From Trichoplax adhaerens (taxonomy: Eukaryota > Animalia > Placozoa): a stretch of 64,000 bases of DNA. The stretch is taken from the NCBI RefSeq assembly GCF_000150275.1, contig NW_002060944.1, positions 5,336,123 to 5,400,122 on the forward strand, in the 5' to 3' direction. This document shows, piece after piece, positions 39,451-54,400 of the stretch. Every line of letters begins with the position of its first letter. Within the stretch, counting starts at the first letter, position 1. The translations under genes and the position numbers were made by a program. The notes under the pieces were generated by a model that did not search any database, was not told the origin of the DNA, and worked only from the letters and a program-made list of their open reading frames with translations.

Positions 39451-40692
39451 CTATCCGCTGTTATACAGTCGCTCCTTTAACGCAATACAGTGCATTACTA
39501 GGTCAAGCGATAGTTTAGCGGTATAGACTAGGACAGCTATTGGTGGCTTTTAAACTTTATATGATAATATGGCTAGAATTAATTTAATGCTTCATGTATA
39601 ATAGTAACTTATAATTAGACATTCTCGTTATGACAACAATCATCAGTTGAATCGTAATTGCAATAACAGTTTGAAATAGTTAAATGTTATCTGATGGTAT
39701 TATCGTCAGTTTAACGCCGTGCGCGATGAAAGAAAGATATAGTTTAATCCTTTGTGTCGTATTCACAAGTAGTAGTATTTTGCAACTAAGCGCATATATG
39801 ACGGCATTTAGTAGTTTAGCACCAGACGTGGTAAAAATAGTTTATTAATTAATAATGTTTTGGGTCTGGTAGCAATTGATAGCGTTTTTCTTGTAATGGT
39901 TATCGATAGTTTATGTCTTAATAGTTAGGCGAACGACTGTTGATAGCCATAGCAAATGTCATCGTGATAATTATATATATATATAATCAATACGGTAATT
40001 AAAACTATCTGCAGCCAGTGCAAGTGGAAATTTGATTCCATATGCTTAGCAATAGTTGTATCTACTTGATTAACCCTTTATAGGATAATTAGAAGGGGGT
40101 TTGGGAATACTATATATGCTATAATTGCAATCAGTAGTTTAACATTATTTATTTTGGTAGTACCGTATGGGATAATTTTGATGCCATCGGCATAGATTAT
40201 GATAGCAGCCGATAAGTCTGACTACTTGCTTTACCGCACAAAGATACCGTAAGTTAATTAAATGCATAATATACAGTAAACAGTTATTGCTATTTCTAGA
40301 TACGCAGTGATTACAATTCCTAGTTTATAGAAAACTATAATTGGCTATATATAAGAATAGCAATGGCTAGTTCAATGCTCTATGTAATGAATAAAATGCC
40401 TGAAGATCTCGTTAAAAAGTCCTGTATCTTTGCTTAACACAGTATGCACATAACGGTAACAATCGATACTTCAGCGCTATACCTATATTATGGTAATAGT
40501 TGGTGATTTGAAATCATTATTTTGGTCATAGACCATAAAATAATGCACTTTTCTCATTTAATAATAACTTACATCTATGTCATCTTACATAATACTCGTA
40601 TACATGCTGAAATATCGCGTCTACAAAGTTTGGTCTGATGTTAAATTGACTTACGAGCATATTTGCTGATACTCTTTTGTCATCCTATTTAG

Positions 40693-43600
40693 GCGGCTAA
40701 ATCAGGCGATGTCAGTCTGATCCAGCTATGTAATATCCCTTCATCGGATTATTCAATCCTTAATTCTGAACAGGATGAATATGGATTAACGCCGTTGCAT
40801 TATGCAGCCAAATTTAACAATATCAATGCAATAGAACACTTTCTAAACCGTGGAGCAGGTTAGTAAAAATAAGTAGTAAATATAAATCGAAACATTAACT
40901 ATTTTTTATATACCATAACTTACTTCGTTGATACAATAAGATGGAGTATACAGTAGCAATAAACAATTTTAAGTATCGTATATAAAATAATATAGGTGAA
41001 TTTAGATTTATTAGATAAACGTTGAGTAGCCAAACGGCATTTGTGGATGCATTCATAGCTCTATGCCTGGTATCTTAATTTATGGACTAGTAGTTATAGA
41101 GCGAGCCATTAAATACTGATACGCTTAGCTTAGCTTTAGCGGATAGAACCCATTGATGATCTTAAAATAATAATTAAGTGTCTGCACGCATAGATAAATT
41201 GAATTGGCTAGGATTGTAAACGTTTTGTAGATCAGTAACAGAGCAGGTCCACTTTAATATTGATGGATAGGAAGTGTATCTAGGAAAATAAACATAGCTT
41301 AAACTAAATTGATGCTAAGACTCTCTAGCTACTGTGAATTCTTCCCTTATTTACTGTAATACTTTAATTCTCTTCTTGGTCAATCTTTCCGTATGTCAAT
41401 ATTTTAGATGTCAATATTAGGGGACATTATGAAGTTACTCCACTTTATATGTCTGCTAGATATAATCATATCGAAGCTGTAGAAGTTCTTCTCAAACATG
41501 GTGCAAATCCAGAGATCAAAGATAGCGAAGGGGATACTGCACTTCATATTGCGGCCAAATTAGGATTCCCTGACGTCTGCAAAGTGAGTACTTATTCGTA
41601 ACTAGATGATCTTGATCTATCGTGATATCTCTATATTTTTAACTGATTTTGGCGCATAGGCTCATTTACTATTAATTCATGCAACGTTTAGATACTGATC
41701 AATAAGAAACCTTCCTTAGTTAATGAAGATAATAACGATATGTTATCGCCTTTACATCTTGCTTGTAAAAGAAATCGGTTTCTAGTTTGCCAATTGTTGG
41801 TAAGTTCATTAGTTAATGAAAGAAAATTACGGTCTAGTATAGCCTTCGCATCTTACATGTAAAAGAAATCGATATTTAGTCTGTCAGTTGTTTTTAAGTA
41901 CTACTAAAGCAGACAGAATTGAAAGTCAGCAGTGCTGATGCTATTTTAAGATCAAAAGAAAACTATTTCTTTCCATCTTTTTTACTCTATGACAATTTAC
42001 TGGCTTAGATTGAAAATGCTGCTAATGTAACTCATCGATCCGTTGATGGTAGTCTACCCATTCATTTTGCAGCAGCCAAAGGTGGTAAAGATATCATCAA
42101 CTTGCTATTAGATGTTGCAGCGTTAAGAAATATACGCGAAGAAGACCATTTAGGTCTGATGGACTATGATGGTAGAACAGTGCTACATAAAGTTGTCACT
42201 AGTGGTAACATATCCGTGAGTTTAGCTTCCAATTTATCTTTAAACATGTTTACTAATGCATGTTCAAGCCTTGCCAAGCATTAATTATAAGTTAAAATTT
42301 AGCTAGTTCGTTGTAAAATGTTATAACATCATCGTTCAAATCTTCACCTAAGCATTTCTCCGATATTTTGCAGTTAATTTAACCAATCGTAAGCAAATCG
42401 ATATGACTGGTCATTAATATTGCAACTAAATTTATAGTTTGATACTTAGTTTATTATTAAATTGGCCGATTGCAAATTTAGACGAAGAATAGTACTTAGT
42501 AGAGAATCATATCAAAAGGATAGACGATAATATAAAATAATTAACTTCTATCTAATTGCGACACCGTGTAATGATATTTCACACGTTCATGTCGAATTTC
42601 TACTGGTCAGAGTATTTTGATCATTTTTAAAATAGTACAATACTTATTTCTATTAATTTAGGCTATTCTAATATGCATTAGGAGAGGTGCAAACATAATG
42701 GCATCACAGGTAAGGAAAATAACCTTGAAATGTCGCTTATTGAGCTTACCGCAGAGCAACAAATTACATGCTGGCCTATTCTTGGATTTATCATTTTGCC
42801 TTCTATTTTAAATATTCATTCTAATTTGAGCCTATTTCAAGATCGGCTAGTATTAACCATCCAACATTATTCATTAATTGCAAAATTTTGAATAGGCTAT
42901 ATCAACTATACTGATACATATTAACTAAACTTATAATAATCAATTCTTACTTGTAGAACAACGGAAGTACGCCGTTACACCTTGCTGCCAGTGGCGGATG
43001 TCACGTAGTCTCTAAGGTCCTTATTCGTCATGGAGCTAAAGTCAATGCGAAATGCGAGTTAGGAATAACTCCATTGCACTTAGCTTCTTCCTTTGGTCAC
43101 ATTGAAGTCATTAAGATACTGTTAGCGGAAGTAAGTACCGGTAGTTTATAATATTATGAAATAAGGGTATAGAGTAGGCGATGTGCAGGCCTCATTTCGC
43201 CTTCGTGAAGTTTGATCGACTGGGTATGATCTTTTGATAAAATTTTTCATTTACTGCAACATTTCTCTTGTAGGGAGCTGATATCAACGCGGTCGATAAC
43301 AAATTTCAAACACCATTAATGTTTGCCACTGAAAACGGCAGTCTAGAAGCGATTAAACACCTTATTAGCCAAGGAGCTGATACTACCAAGGTCGATGATC
43401 AAAATAGAAACTGCTTACATTTAACCTGTCGCGGAGGACATGATATTATACTTCCATATATTCTTCAGGTACAGGCATTTAAAATCTGCAGTTTCTACTC
43501 TAACAGTTTAGAATTAGAAGTTTATGAGTAAATCGAAAGATAATCCTAAAAAATTACGTTAGTTAAATTATTAAGTCGTGGAGGACATGATATAAGATTT

Positions 43601-46600
43601 CCATATATTCTCCAAGTATTGGTATTTGAAAACCTGCAATTTTAATTCTTAGAGATTATAGTCAGAACTTGATAAGTAAATCGAAAGGCAATCATAAGAA
43701 ATTACGTTAATTAAATTATTGATCATCGAAAATGGATGTTACATAATAGTTTCTTTAATTCAATTTCGATGGATATCGGTGCCGACAGGCTGAAGGAAAA
43801 GATCATATCAATGACACAGATTGCCTAGATAGGACTGCGCTCCATTATGCTGCAGAAGAAGGTTATCGCAAGGTAAACAAGGATACGAAATACCACTTGA
43901 AAAGTCTCAATAATATCGACAAGATTTGATATAAATGACCAAATCTTCCTTTACATTCCCTATCAAACTGCAAATAGATAATAGCAACTTTGTTATCCAG
44001 TGGAGCTACATTTGAAATCTCTGATGCAGATGATAATCTACCAATTCATTTAGCGTGTCGGTACGTTAGAAAACAATTAGATTGCTTATTCTATCAAATA
44101 TTTTCCGGCATAGGTTACATTAGTGGCTAAATACTATAATAAACGTCTTGAAAGATGTCTATAACTATAATTGATGGCACAATCTTAATGAATTGACGTT
44201 GGGAGTATTGTGTTATCCAATGCTGCTAGAATATCAGATCTCAGTCAGAACATCAACAGTACTGTTGTCGTCTTTGAACTATAGCTATTTTGTGATTGAT
44301 CTTCAATTAATAGAAATGCTGATCTTGCAAGTGTGAAGGTCCTATGTGCTAAGTCGCTAACACATTTAAACAGTCCTGGTGAAAGATCACGAACACCTTT
44401 ACATCAAGCCATCGTCAATAACAATATTCCTGTAGTTCATTTCTTGATCAAATTCGGAGCAAATATTAACAAAAGGTACGGCATCTAAATAGCATCGTGA
44501 TTAATAATACCGGCTAATTAATTATAAATGTGAATTTCATAACTGATTTTCCGAAACGAATACTACTATAACAGTCCAGATTGAATCGGCTATCTCTCGT
44601 CTATTTCACATCTATCACATGATTCATAGTTTATACGTATATTATTTTAAATTGTAAATTCTAGGTGATTTGCAGTAAGCCAGCCATTTTCATAAGATAT
44701 TGACTTCATTTTAAAGCACCGTAAATAGTACATTTTATCAATTTTCGTTATACTGTACATCATTTAATGTTGAACATGATTGAACAGAGTTAGAATGCTT
44801 GATTAATTTGATAATTATTAAATCCTTTATAACTTTACTAGACGAGATTTATGCATGCAAATATCTTGCATGTTGTCATCATAATTAATATTTATTTCAT
44901 GTTACTACTGTATATTAAAAATTGTTGGATTACATTCTGATATTAGCTAATTATAATTGCAATAGGGACGGTAGCTATCATACACCATTATATCTGGCGG
45001 CAGAAAGAGGGTTTTTCGATATTGCAAAAGCATTAATTGATGCTGGAGCCTGCATTAATGCAAAGCTAATCGACGGTGTATGTAATATTTTATGAAGATA
45101 CCATCTAGAAAACAATTATGTGAAATATTACACTGTTCATGATTCTATGACTAGCTCATTCAATGAATTATCATTCACCTTTAAATGACAATATATTGTT
45201 ATTTATCGATTAGCAAACGGCATTACATGCTGCTGCAAGAAAGGATGATGTAGAAATTACAGAGTTATTGCTCTCTAGCGGTGCAGATATAACCCGAGAT
45301 TTAAATAATCGGACATGTTTAGATGTGGCCATTAAACATCAAAGTAAAAATGCTGCTCTAGTTATCGTTAAGCAAGCTAAGTAAGGATAACATGACAACC
45401 ATTATTGTATTTAAGTCGAAGTTATTTCTATCAATAGGGAATGATAAGGCTAAAATCTGAGTTCTTAGCTAAATTAATGCGTAAAGCAGTCATTTAAATC
45501 TAAATTTATGATATTTTACATCTTAGAATTGCGAATATCTTACAAAAAGTTGATAACGAAGGCAAAACTGTTTTCCAACGATTAGTTGAAGTTTTACCTG
45601 AAGTTGCGGAAGTAAGCAGAACTGCACGTGGTTATTCAATACTTTAAAGCTTTACCAAGCCCTATTTTACTTAGATTACCTATGATATCTTTTATCCAAT
45701 ATAGGTTGTGATGGATCGCTGTATAATTCGTCCTAAATTTAAAGAGAAATATCAACATTACACGGTAAGTTGGATTACGCTATTCTCCATTCTTCTATAA
45801 TTTTGATATCTTGCTAAAATAAGTCAAAATTAGGTGCATGCATATAGCGGATAGTTCATTATTTTGGTTTATATCCCGCCCTACCACCCCATAATTTTAG
45901 TTCGCTTACATTTTTAATTATTTAAACAATTGCTGTCCGTATTTTTTAGATTAGTAATTCTCGAACTATTTTTAGGTCAAATATGATTTCTCATACATCG
46001 ATCCAGGACCAGCTTTCGAGGAAGAACATAGCACTACAGACATAGAAACCGATAAAATTATTTCTATCAGATGCAATGCATTACAAGTATGCCACGTGTT
46101 GCTTAAGATACCTATGTACCGATGAGAATGATAGATAAGATACCTTATAAATTTGAAAGACTTAGCGATACATAAATAAAATGGGCGATATTATACAGTT
46201 GAATGGAATGAGCATCCTTATATAAATACGTAGAAGATACGAATTCAGTAATATATTTTATATCTTGCTTATTTACGCATTATTCTGATTCATTTTATAG
46301 ACTATGAAGAAGCTCAAACGAAGCAATCTTGTTAGTCATGAACTATCCCGAGCTGTTCTTGATCATAAATGGTAAAGAAAGATATTGACAATCATATTAA
46401 TGCCAGTTAATCTGATCATGTTAATATACTGATTAACGGAACATTAATTAAATTTACTTACATTTATAGTCATATATATATGTTACACATATATTGACAT
46501 ATGATGCAAATTTTTGAATGCATATAAAACACGTTATTCATAAGTAACATTTTACATGAATTTGGATAGCTAATGCAGTTGTTAATTAACATTTACTTTA

Positions 46601-49600
46601 CTACATAAGTCATTTTATGACTCTTCTATTATAGAATGACTCAAGCTATTTATTACTATTGACAAAACTAGGAGAACCTTTGGCGCCTACTTTTTCTTTC
46701 TCAATTTGGCCATTTATTTGACCTATCTATTTCTTCTGACTTACTTTGCCATTCAATTGAAGGCAGCTCCTAGAGCGAATAATTATAGTTCAGCCTTTGC
46801 TGCACCTACCATATCAACTCGGTCCAGACTACTAGTAACAACTATGACGAGTCTATTGAAAACTAGTAATCCGGCAATAAATACATCTCAAATTACAACA
46901 ACGATTGAGCCACTAGATAAGGTAGAATTGCTAGATTCGTTCTCTGATACTAACAAAAATATGCGGACGACCTTAACTCTATTTAAAGAATGCTAACTAA
47001 CTTCTTTATTTAGCGTATCAATAAATGTAAGTAGTTCTTCTATCTACCAACTATGCATTCCTAAATGATGAGATAGGAATAGTACGATACGTATAGAGAA
47101 CCCATAAATGTATACATGGAATGTACAGTAAAATATAACCATCGTCATTACCAATCATAACAAGAATTATTTCCTATTATTCTTTACTGAATTTACACTT
47201 CAAGGTGATAGCTTTAATGTCGATCTATAATTTAACGGAAATATTTTATGACGTTAATAATTATAAGTTTTATTCTATGATGGCAGCATAATCAGATAGA
47301 CTTGCTTTTTCTAAATCTTTTGTAGTTAAAATTAATCTTGCTTCGTTGATTTCATTTCAATTTCTTCTGCACAAGATCTTGTCTGGTTATTGATGAAGTA
47401 TCTGTTTATATCATTGCACATATAGGTCTCTTCCACTTTCCACATCGTTCTACAAGTTGTAGTTCTAATCTTTGTAGTAATCAATCTCGTTAAGGAAGTA
47501 TATCAAATATTTCATTCGGTAAGTTTAGTATTATATTTACTTCGACTGTAGGATTTTAGCAAAATTAGATATTTCATCCAACTTGGCTATTAATATTGCT
47601 AACGAAAACATAACAAAGGCTTGGCGTAATGACTATTTAGTACAAGTTTTATGCTACGACACTTAATTTTGCCAGTGATTTGCTTGACTAGTACATTTCA
47701 ATTTGTTTTGAGCGATTGCGGCTGTATTGTAACGAAAGGTTTGAATAACTTTAAGAAATTATTGATATATTATTCTATCCATCGCTTGATTGATGATTAA
47801 ATTCAGGCTTTCTTTAAAAACTGTATTTAAAAATATATGCTAACTAAAGCATTAAACAGCACGAGAAAATGGTCTAGAATAGTGAGAGAAAATTTTATAA
47901 TCTAATGCGAGTATCTTTATTTCGCCGTATCATATAGGGTTATATTTATTTTACCAGCTTTAGCAACTATATGGAGATTATCATGTATTGCTTGGTTATA
48001 TTAATGTTAATCCCACCCAATATGACACCAAACGATTGGCAATGGAAGATAGGTTCAGTAGCATTGTTTCTAGCTTGGATTAACTTGTTACTATTCATGG
48101 AAAGGTAGATTAAGGCATCGTCTAAATTTGAGTTAATCAAAAAATATATTCTTTAGAGTCGGTGATAAAAATGTTCTATAGATACTGATTTTCTACCTTA
48201 AATATCATTCTTATTTAAAGGATCTCTTTCTTGGGCCTTTACGTGATCATGCTGAGGAACGTCTTAGTGACATTTTTGAAAGTAAGATTTCCTCATTTCT
48301 TATTAATATAAATTAAGGTCATAATTAAATAACTAGTCTCTCATCAAATGTATACTTCATTGATTTTTGATATTAAAATGGTAATTTTGAACTAATACAT
48401 AATTTCAATCTCCTTTCGATTAGATTATTACCGTTGTTGTAATTTTTATCGTTGCCTTTTCTTTCGTATTTATCATTTTGGCTAAAACGGAGGTAAATCA
48501 TTAATTATCAAACTTTAGCATATACTACGAATGAACCAATTCTAATCATATTTATATTACTTTATTGAATCGTAAAGTTAACGACTTCAACTGCAAATAA
48601 TTATATAAATTACTGAAGAGAGCTACATATTAGTAGTGTATTTATTAGAACTTTGAATTTTATATAGGATGTTTTCAGCACTTTTCCACTAACTATGGTC
48701 AAAGTCTTGGTTATGATGGTTGGAGAATTAGATTATAATGATACGATCGTGAAAGCTATTTCCAGTGGCCGGATTAGCTATCCCAATAATATCTTGCTAC
48801 TGCTTATGTTTGTCATATTTATATTCCTAATGCCGATTCTGCTCATGAATTTGATGGTAATGCATATCAATGCACTCAATTGTGATTAATACTTGATGTA
48901 TTGATAAATGTTACTGTTCATGTGCAAGCTATGGTAATCTACGAAATGAATTTTATATAGATTGGTTTGGCTATTGGAGATATCGATAAAATTCAAAAGA
49001 ATGCTATTTTGGGACGTTTAGCAATACAGATTGATTTCTTAGATGATCTGGAAAGATCGCTACCTACCTGGCTTAGAAAGAAACTTTACTCAAGTTCTGT
49101 TGTACGAAGACCTCATACATTTGGATATAAGGTAGCTTCAGTAGCACGGCTTATAAATGCGAAGCGAATAACTAGGAAGTAATCTAAATTCTGTAATTTT
49201 AGTGTATTTAAGTAGAAAATGAAAACATGGTCTATGACTTGTCATTAAAATTATTGAGTAATCCTCTAGAGTAAAAATTTATTGGAGTAACATCATAACT
49301 ATCTTTGAGAGCAGTTCAAGCGTGAGTTAAATTACATTTCTTTCTTTTCAGCTCTATTCAGTATTCTATGGCGATATAGCCCAACATGAAGACGATGATA
49401 ATGAATTATGGGTGGAGGAATTTGAGAAACTTCATCGCGAAAGCGATTGGCAGAGAAAACAGTTCGTTCACTAAATTTGTAACAACACTAGAACTGCTAC
49501 TTGCCTCAGTATGTATAATAAGTATCTTTATAAACACTTAATCTAATATAACATACATTTTTCTTAGGATTAGAGCGCTATTTCATGAAATTGAAAAGAT

Positions 49601-49730
49601 AACTATTGCATTAACGGATATCCAAAATAGCAATAGAAATGATCAGATTTTGCCAGTTGCACAAGACCCTGCATCACTGGATAGCCATTTGGCAAGAGAA
49701 GATAATCTAGATAATACCTCACAATTTTAA
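40693..49730 (+). CDS. TRPA1: TRPA1-like channel, copy C (exon 2 to stop; first exon not located)
   Basis: Same exon architecture as A, from AAKSGDVSL...DEYGLTPLHYAAKFNNINAI (40693) through HELSRAVLDHKW, the pore KVLVMMVGELDYNDTI, S6 FLMPILLMNLM|IGLAIGDIDKIQKNA, to ...DNTSQF* (TAA 49728-49730). No internal stops in the exons read. Confidence 0.88.
41755..41899 (+). repeat. Duplicated exon 3' end (94-bp offset) inside the following intron of copy C
   Basis: CATCTTGCTTGTAAAAGAAATCGGTTTCTAGTTTGCCAATTGTTG|GTAAGT (41755) is echoed as CATCTTACATGTAAAAGAAATCGATATTTAGTCTGTCAGTTGTTTTTAAGT (41849). Confidence 0.8.
43428..43720 (+). repeat. 147-bp tandem duplication spanning an exon 3' end and donor of copy C
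   Basis: GTCGCGGAGGACATGATATTATACTTCCATATATTCTTCAG|GT (43428) is repeated as GTCGTGGAGGACATGATATAAGATTTCCATATATTCTCCAAGT (43575), and the following intron sequence is also duplicated. Confidence 0.9.
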
Positions 49731-51478
49731 ATCAATTACAGACCATAACAAACAAGGGATGCTATTACCGCATAACTTTGCGTCTAAATTAGTAGGTTGA
49801 TTCGAAAAATTTATTCTTATTCAAGTACACGATAAATATAGTTTAAAGTAGAAATTGCATTCATCTCTCATCTCTAACACTTCGTCTGCTAAAACTAACT
49901 TGAAAGTAGGATAATAACTTATTAGGACGGTAATGAATATTGGTACGCTTCGTAAATATAAACTTAATTAATATTGGTTCTAATGTTGAATCTACTAAAT
50001 AATTAGATATCAAACTAGTAGCAAAGATCAGATATCTATTTTAAATAAATCCTGTTCTACAAACATTATTTTTAACAAATGTATGTGGCCTATATTGCTC
50101 ATAATGTATAATGAGAAAAATTAGCTAGTTATGATTATGTATTGGTATTTAGCTTTATATTCTATCTCACAGATTACTTGTAACATTAACAATGCCTTTA
50201 CTTCACATTACATATTTCAAAGAAGTAGAGACGATATTTCCATACTCATATATTAATTTAGTTAAAATGAGTTACAAACAGCGGTACATTGGCATACCTG
50301 TGCATGTTTTATATCATACAAAATTGATAAAAGCGACCAATGTATTAACGGTCCATCATGCTAGGGCAAATGCTTACTTTCCTCTACCTCTAATCCAGTA
50401 ATAAATGAACATAGTTATCGATAGAATATTTGAGTTAGCCTGATAGCTAATTGGCACGAAAAAGAAAGCATCTACAATTCATCAATTTTTTAATTATTAT
50501 GCAACAGCGATTAAGTAGCTATAGCCCTGCAATTCTGTATTTACAAGCGATATTTTTACAATTATTGTACATATCTATTATATGAAGGCTTATAATCAAT
50601 ACTAGGAATAAGTTACATATGCTCTAGTGCGTCCCAAGCATATCGATGGAGTATTGCGTACGGTAGTTATACTGCATTTATGCAGGATATCATGATATAA
50701 ATATTTTTGATAGAAAAATTATAAAGTTAAGATTTGCCCCTGATTGATAATGAAAATCGTTTGATTATTAGCAGATATTGTAAACATTTAGACTACCAAT
50801 CCTTTATAACGTTTAATGAGCTTGCTCATGTTGATTGGATATATAAGACCTCCATCATTTTTAGTAATTACATTAAATGAAGTTTCTGCAAGTTAAACTA
50901 ATACACTCAATACCATAATAATTCTTGCATTCAGATTACGTAGGATGGATGAAAAACTGTAGATAAAGGTATATTGCCGATTTACCACATCTTTCAATAA
51001 AAATACCTTACTTACATAGTCGATCCTTGCTACTCTATGATTCTACCTGTCTATTTCTAAAATGGAAGAATGCTATAAAGCATCAGCTTACTAGAAATTA
51101 GATATAACGATACTTAATAGACAGAGTCAAATTATCTGCATCATTACAATTAACAATCTGTTGATCATATTGTGACATGGAAATAATTCATTTATCTCTG
51201 TTGTTGCTATGGCTTAGGACAACAGATTGATTTATAATTGAATAGGGCTTTATTTTATCAGTATCATCCAAATAAAGCACGGGTTATATCAAGTGACCTT
51301 TTACGTCAGTCTGCAACCTTATGCATTATTTAGCAAAGTAAATTTGGATAATATTTTGGTGCAGTAAGAATGTAATATGACTATAGTTTACAATTTTAAT
51401 TGGAATGCCATTAGAAGATCTTGTCGATGTCTGAAATTAATCCATTCTTGAATCAGTCAAATCAACAGTAACAGTAAA

Positions 51479-54400
51479 ATGCCAAGAAAGCCTACAATTA
51501 CTAGAAATGGGAGTATCTTTGATGCAGCAAAGGTGAATCCTGCTCATGACATAATTCAGGTAGGAAATCAATCATTTTTATGAGTAGTTAATGCAATCGT
51601 TTCGTATTAACATCATCACAATTCGCGATTGATCTTGATACGTATAATCTAATCCTAGTGATAGCTATGTGTCTAATTAAATATCTTTGCTTAAATCTTT
51701 TTAGAATAAAGTTAGTAATATTTTCTCTATTATTCCTGTAATTAAATTAATGTTCGCATACGAGATTTTATTGAGTAGTATTTTTAGCAGATTAAGCGCT
51801 ACAGAACTGTCATAGTAATACACCTGATTACAGTTATCTTTTATTACACTATGAATCTACCAGGTGAAATTTTCCTATTTCAAATTGACTATAGTGCGCT
51901 ATCTCCATATTATTAGTTTTACTTTTACTATGTAACGCTAATTTTAATTAGTAATGGTGTTGATCACGTTGGATATTTACCATATTATACATTGAAAAGT
52001 AGCTATAATTTATTTAATAATTGTGTGTTGCTTAGCCAATTCATCAAAAGTGGCTATTGTTCACATTTACGATGACATTTATCTGGAAAACAAAAATTAA
52101 CCAATTGTATTAATCGAACTATATTTTTCTGCCTACTAGGCATCGAAAAATAGCGATATGCTGCTTTTACAGCACTATTTACCCCGCAGAGGTACAAATA
52201 TCAGTAATAACTCTATTGACCGCAATCATTTATCATCGTTACACTATGCTGCAAGAAACGATGACGTGGAAAGGATTGAAGCAATCATTTCTCATAGTTC
52301 AAGCGGTATGTCCAATTGGATACAGACTACTAAGACTTTGTTAACAGTTTTAGCATCAGTGTTCTTCTGCGTAATGATTTTACTGATTTCAATTTCACAA
52401 CTTGTGCATTACCGTATAGTATAAATTACAAAAGATGCTAAACATTTTAATGCAATTAAACTTAGAAACACCAAGTTGTAGTCCAACTATTGCATATTGT
52501 TATGTTTTTAGTAATGAGTTCACTCCGTGAGTAAGATTTGTAACTAATATTTATTATTGATGATCGGTATTTATAGCTACATCAGGTTACATATCAATAC
52601 GATTACAATTTATACTTCCTACTACAATTAGTAAATTATCAGTCCGTCTTTTACAATGTTATCCCTTACAGTATTAATTGACCGTATCATCATGCGCCGA
52701 TCAATTTATTAGACTTTTGGACGTCTTCGTATCAATATTAACGTGACTTAACGTCACTTTTCTACAATGATGTTTTACTGATTCATAATAATTTGATGAA
52801 TTGTATTAGATGTAAATATCAAAGGGCTCGATAACATGACTCCATTACATTTAGCAGCTACATCTAATAAAGTTGCTGCTTTAAGGACGTTACAAATGTA
52901 TAATGCAGATTCTTGTGCCCAAAATTCTGAAGGTAATATACCACTACATTGTGCAGCAAAAGCAGGAAGTTTAGATGGTTGCAGGGTTAGTAACTCCTTT
53001 TACTGACACCCTCACGTAAATTTATTTTTTTCTTGCCTAAAAAGGTGTAAATTTAACGGAAAAGTCTAAGTTTCTTATCGTTTACTCTTAAATTCATACC
53101 CAATTACTTTGTAAATAAGAGTAACAGTTTTGCTGACAGCATTTAAATATTAGATTTAGCAAGTACGTATCTCGAACATGTTAGATAGATTTATATGTAC
53201 GGAAGTAGAAAGATAAAGGAAACAAACATAAATAATAAATTAAACTTTATTTAATGACAGCCTTTCATTTAATCACGCCTCTAAATGATAGTATTTGCTA
53301 AATACTTTTATATCGATTTTACTAGTAGTATCGCATCGCATGTAAGATCAATCTCATCTAGGCATTCTAACTATTCTAAGATTTCGATTTTATTGATTGA
53401 TACATAAAAGGTCTAAGAAAATAGAAATATCGGAGCTCATTGTGTCGTAATGGATAGTAGCTAGCTAAGATTCCTTTTTAGTTAGTTAGTCGGTTGAATG
53501 GTCAACTAGTTTTTCAATTGATATTTAATTGTAAAGACTATAATCTTGGGTGCCAAGATTCCTTCAGTAATAAATGATAGTAAATCTCTAACTATCTCGT
53601 CTACATCATCTGTGACGCTATAATTATACCATAGTATTCGGTCGTTAGAACTGAATTATTTGGTGATATAGCTAATCTTGCCTCTTTAAGTTAGTAAGTG
53701 GTGTTCTCCGCAAGGATTGGCGTGTGTAGACTACTTTGTCACTAGTGGTGTGTGACACCACCTAAGTTAATAACAGATCTAGATCGTAATAACTGTTCAG
53801 TGCCCTCACTTTAAGTTATTGTTTCTTACAGATATTGCAATTAGTCTATTTATCTTAGACTAATAACATCACTTATGAATTTCTATTACAGGAATTACTT
53901 AGCAAACAGCCATTTACGATAGATTGCATAAATAGAAACGAAGCAACGCCATTACATATGGCTTGTATCGGCGGTCATGCATCGGTTTGCCTAGAATTAG
54001 TAAGCTAAAAGTACCTTTGAAATTATAGAAAGAGGTCTCACTTAGTTGTATTTTGTTTTAGCATAAAATGGTAACTAACCAATAGGAGTTTTACAGATTA
54101 ATCGTGGGGCTGATATTATGGCTAAAACTGCTGATGGTAGTTTACCAATTCACATAGTAGCTAAGCAAGGTAATGTAAAAATTATGGAGCTATTACTTTC
54201 AGCTTACACAGCGAAATATTCTCGCCGAGAAGATTACATCATGGAATGCAATTATGATGGTGCTTCAGTTTTACATCGAGCCGTACAAGGGCGTCAAGAA
54301 ATGGTATAATCAATATTTCATTCTTTGCGACTTGCTTATATGTTATTATAGCAACATTAGCGAATTACTTCACTATTCATTTTTTCGTGGTCTTAAGTCT

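Noticed and set aside
40387-40437. MNKMPEDLVKKSCIFA as exon 1 of copy C
   Set aside because: It runs into TAA without an in-phase splice donor after the IF motif.
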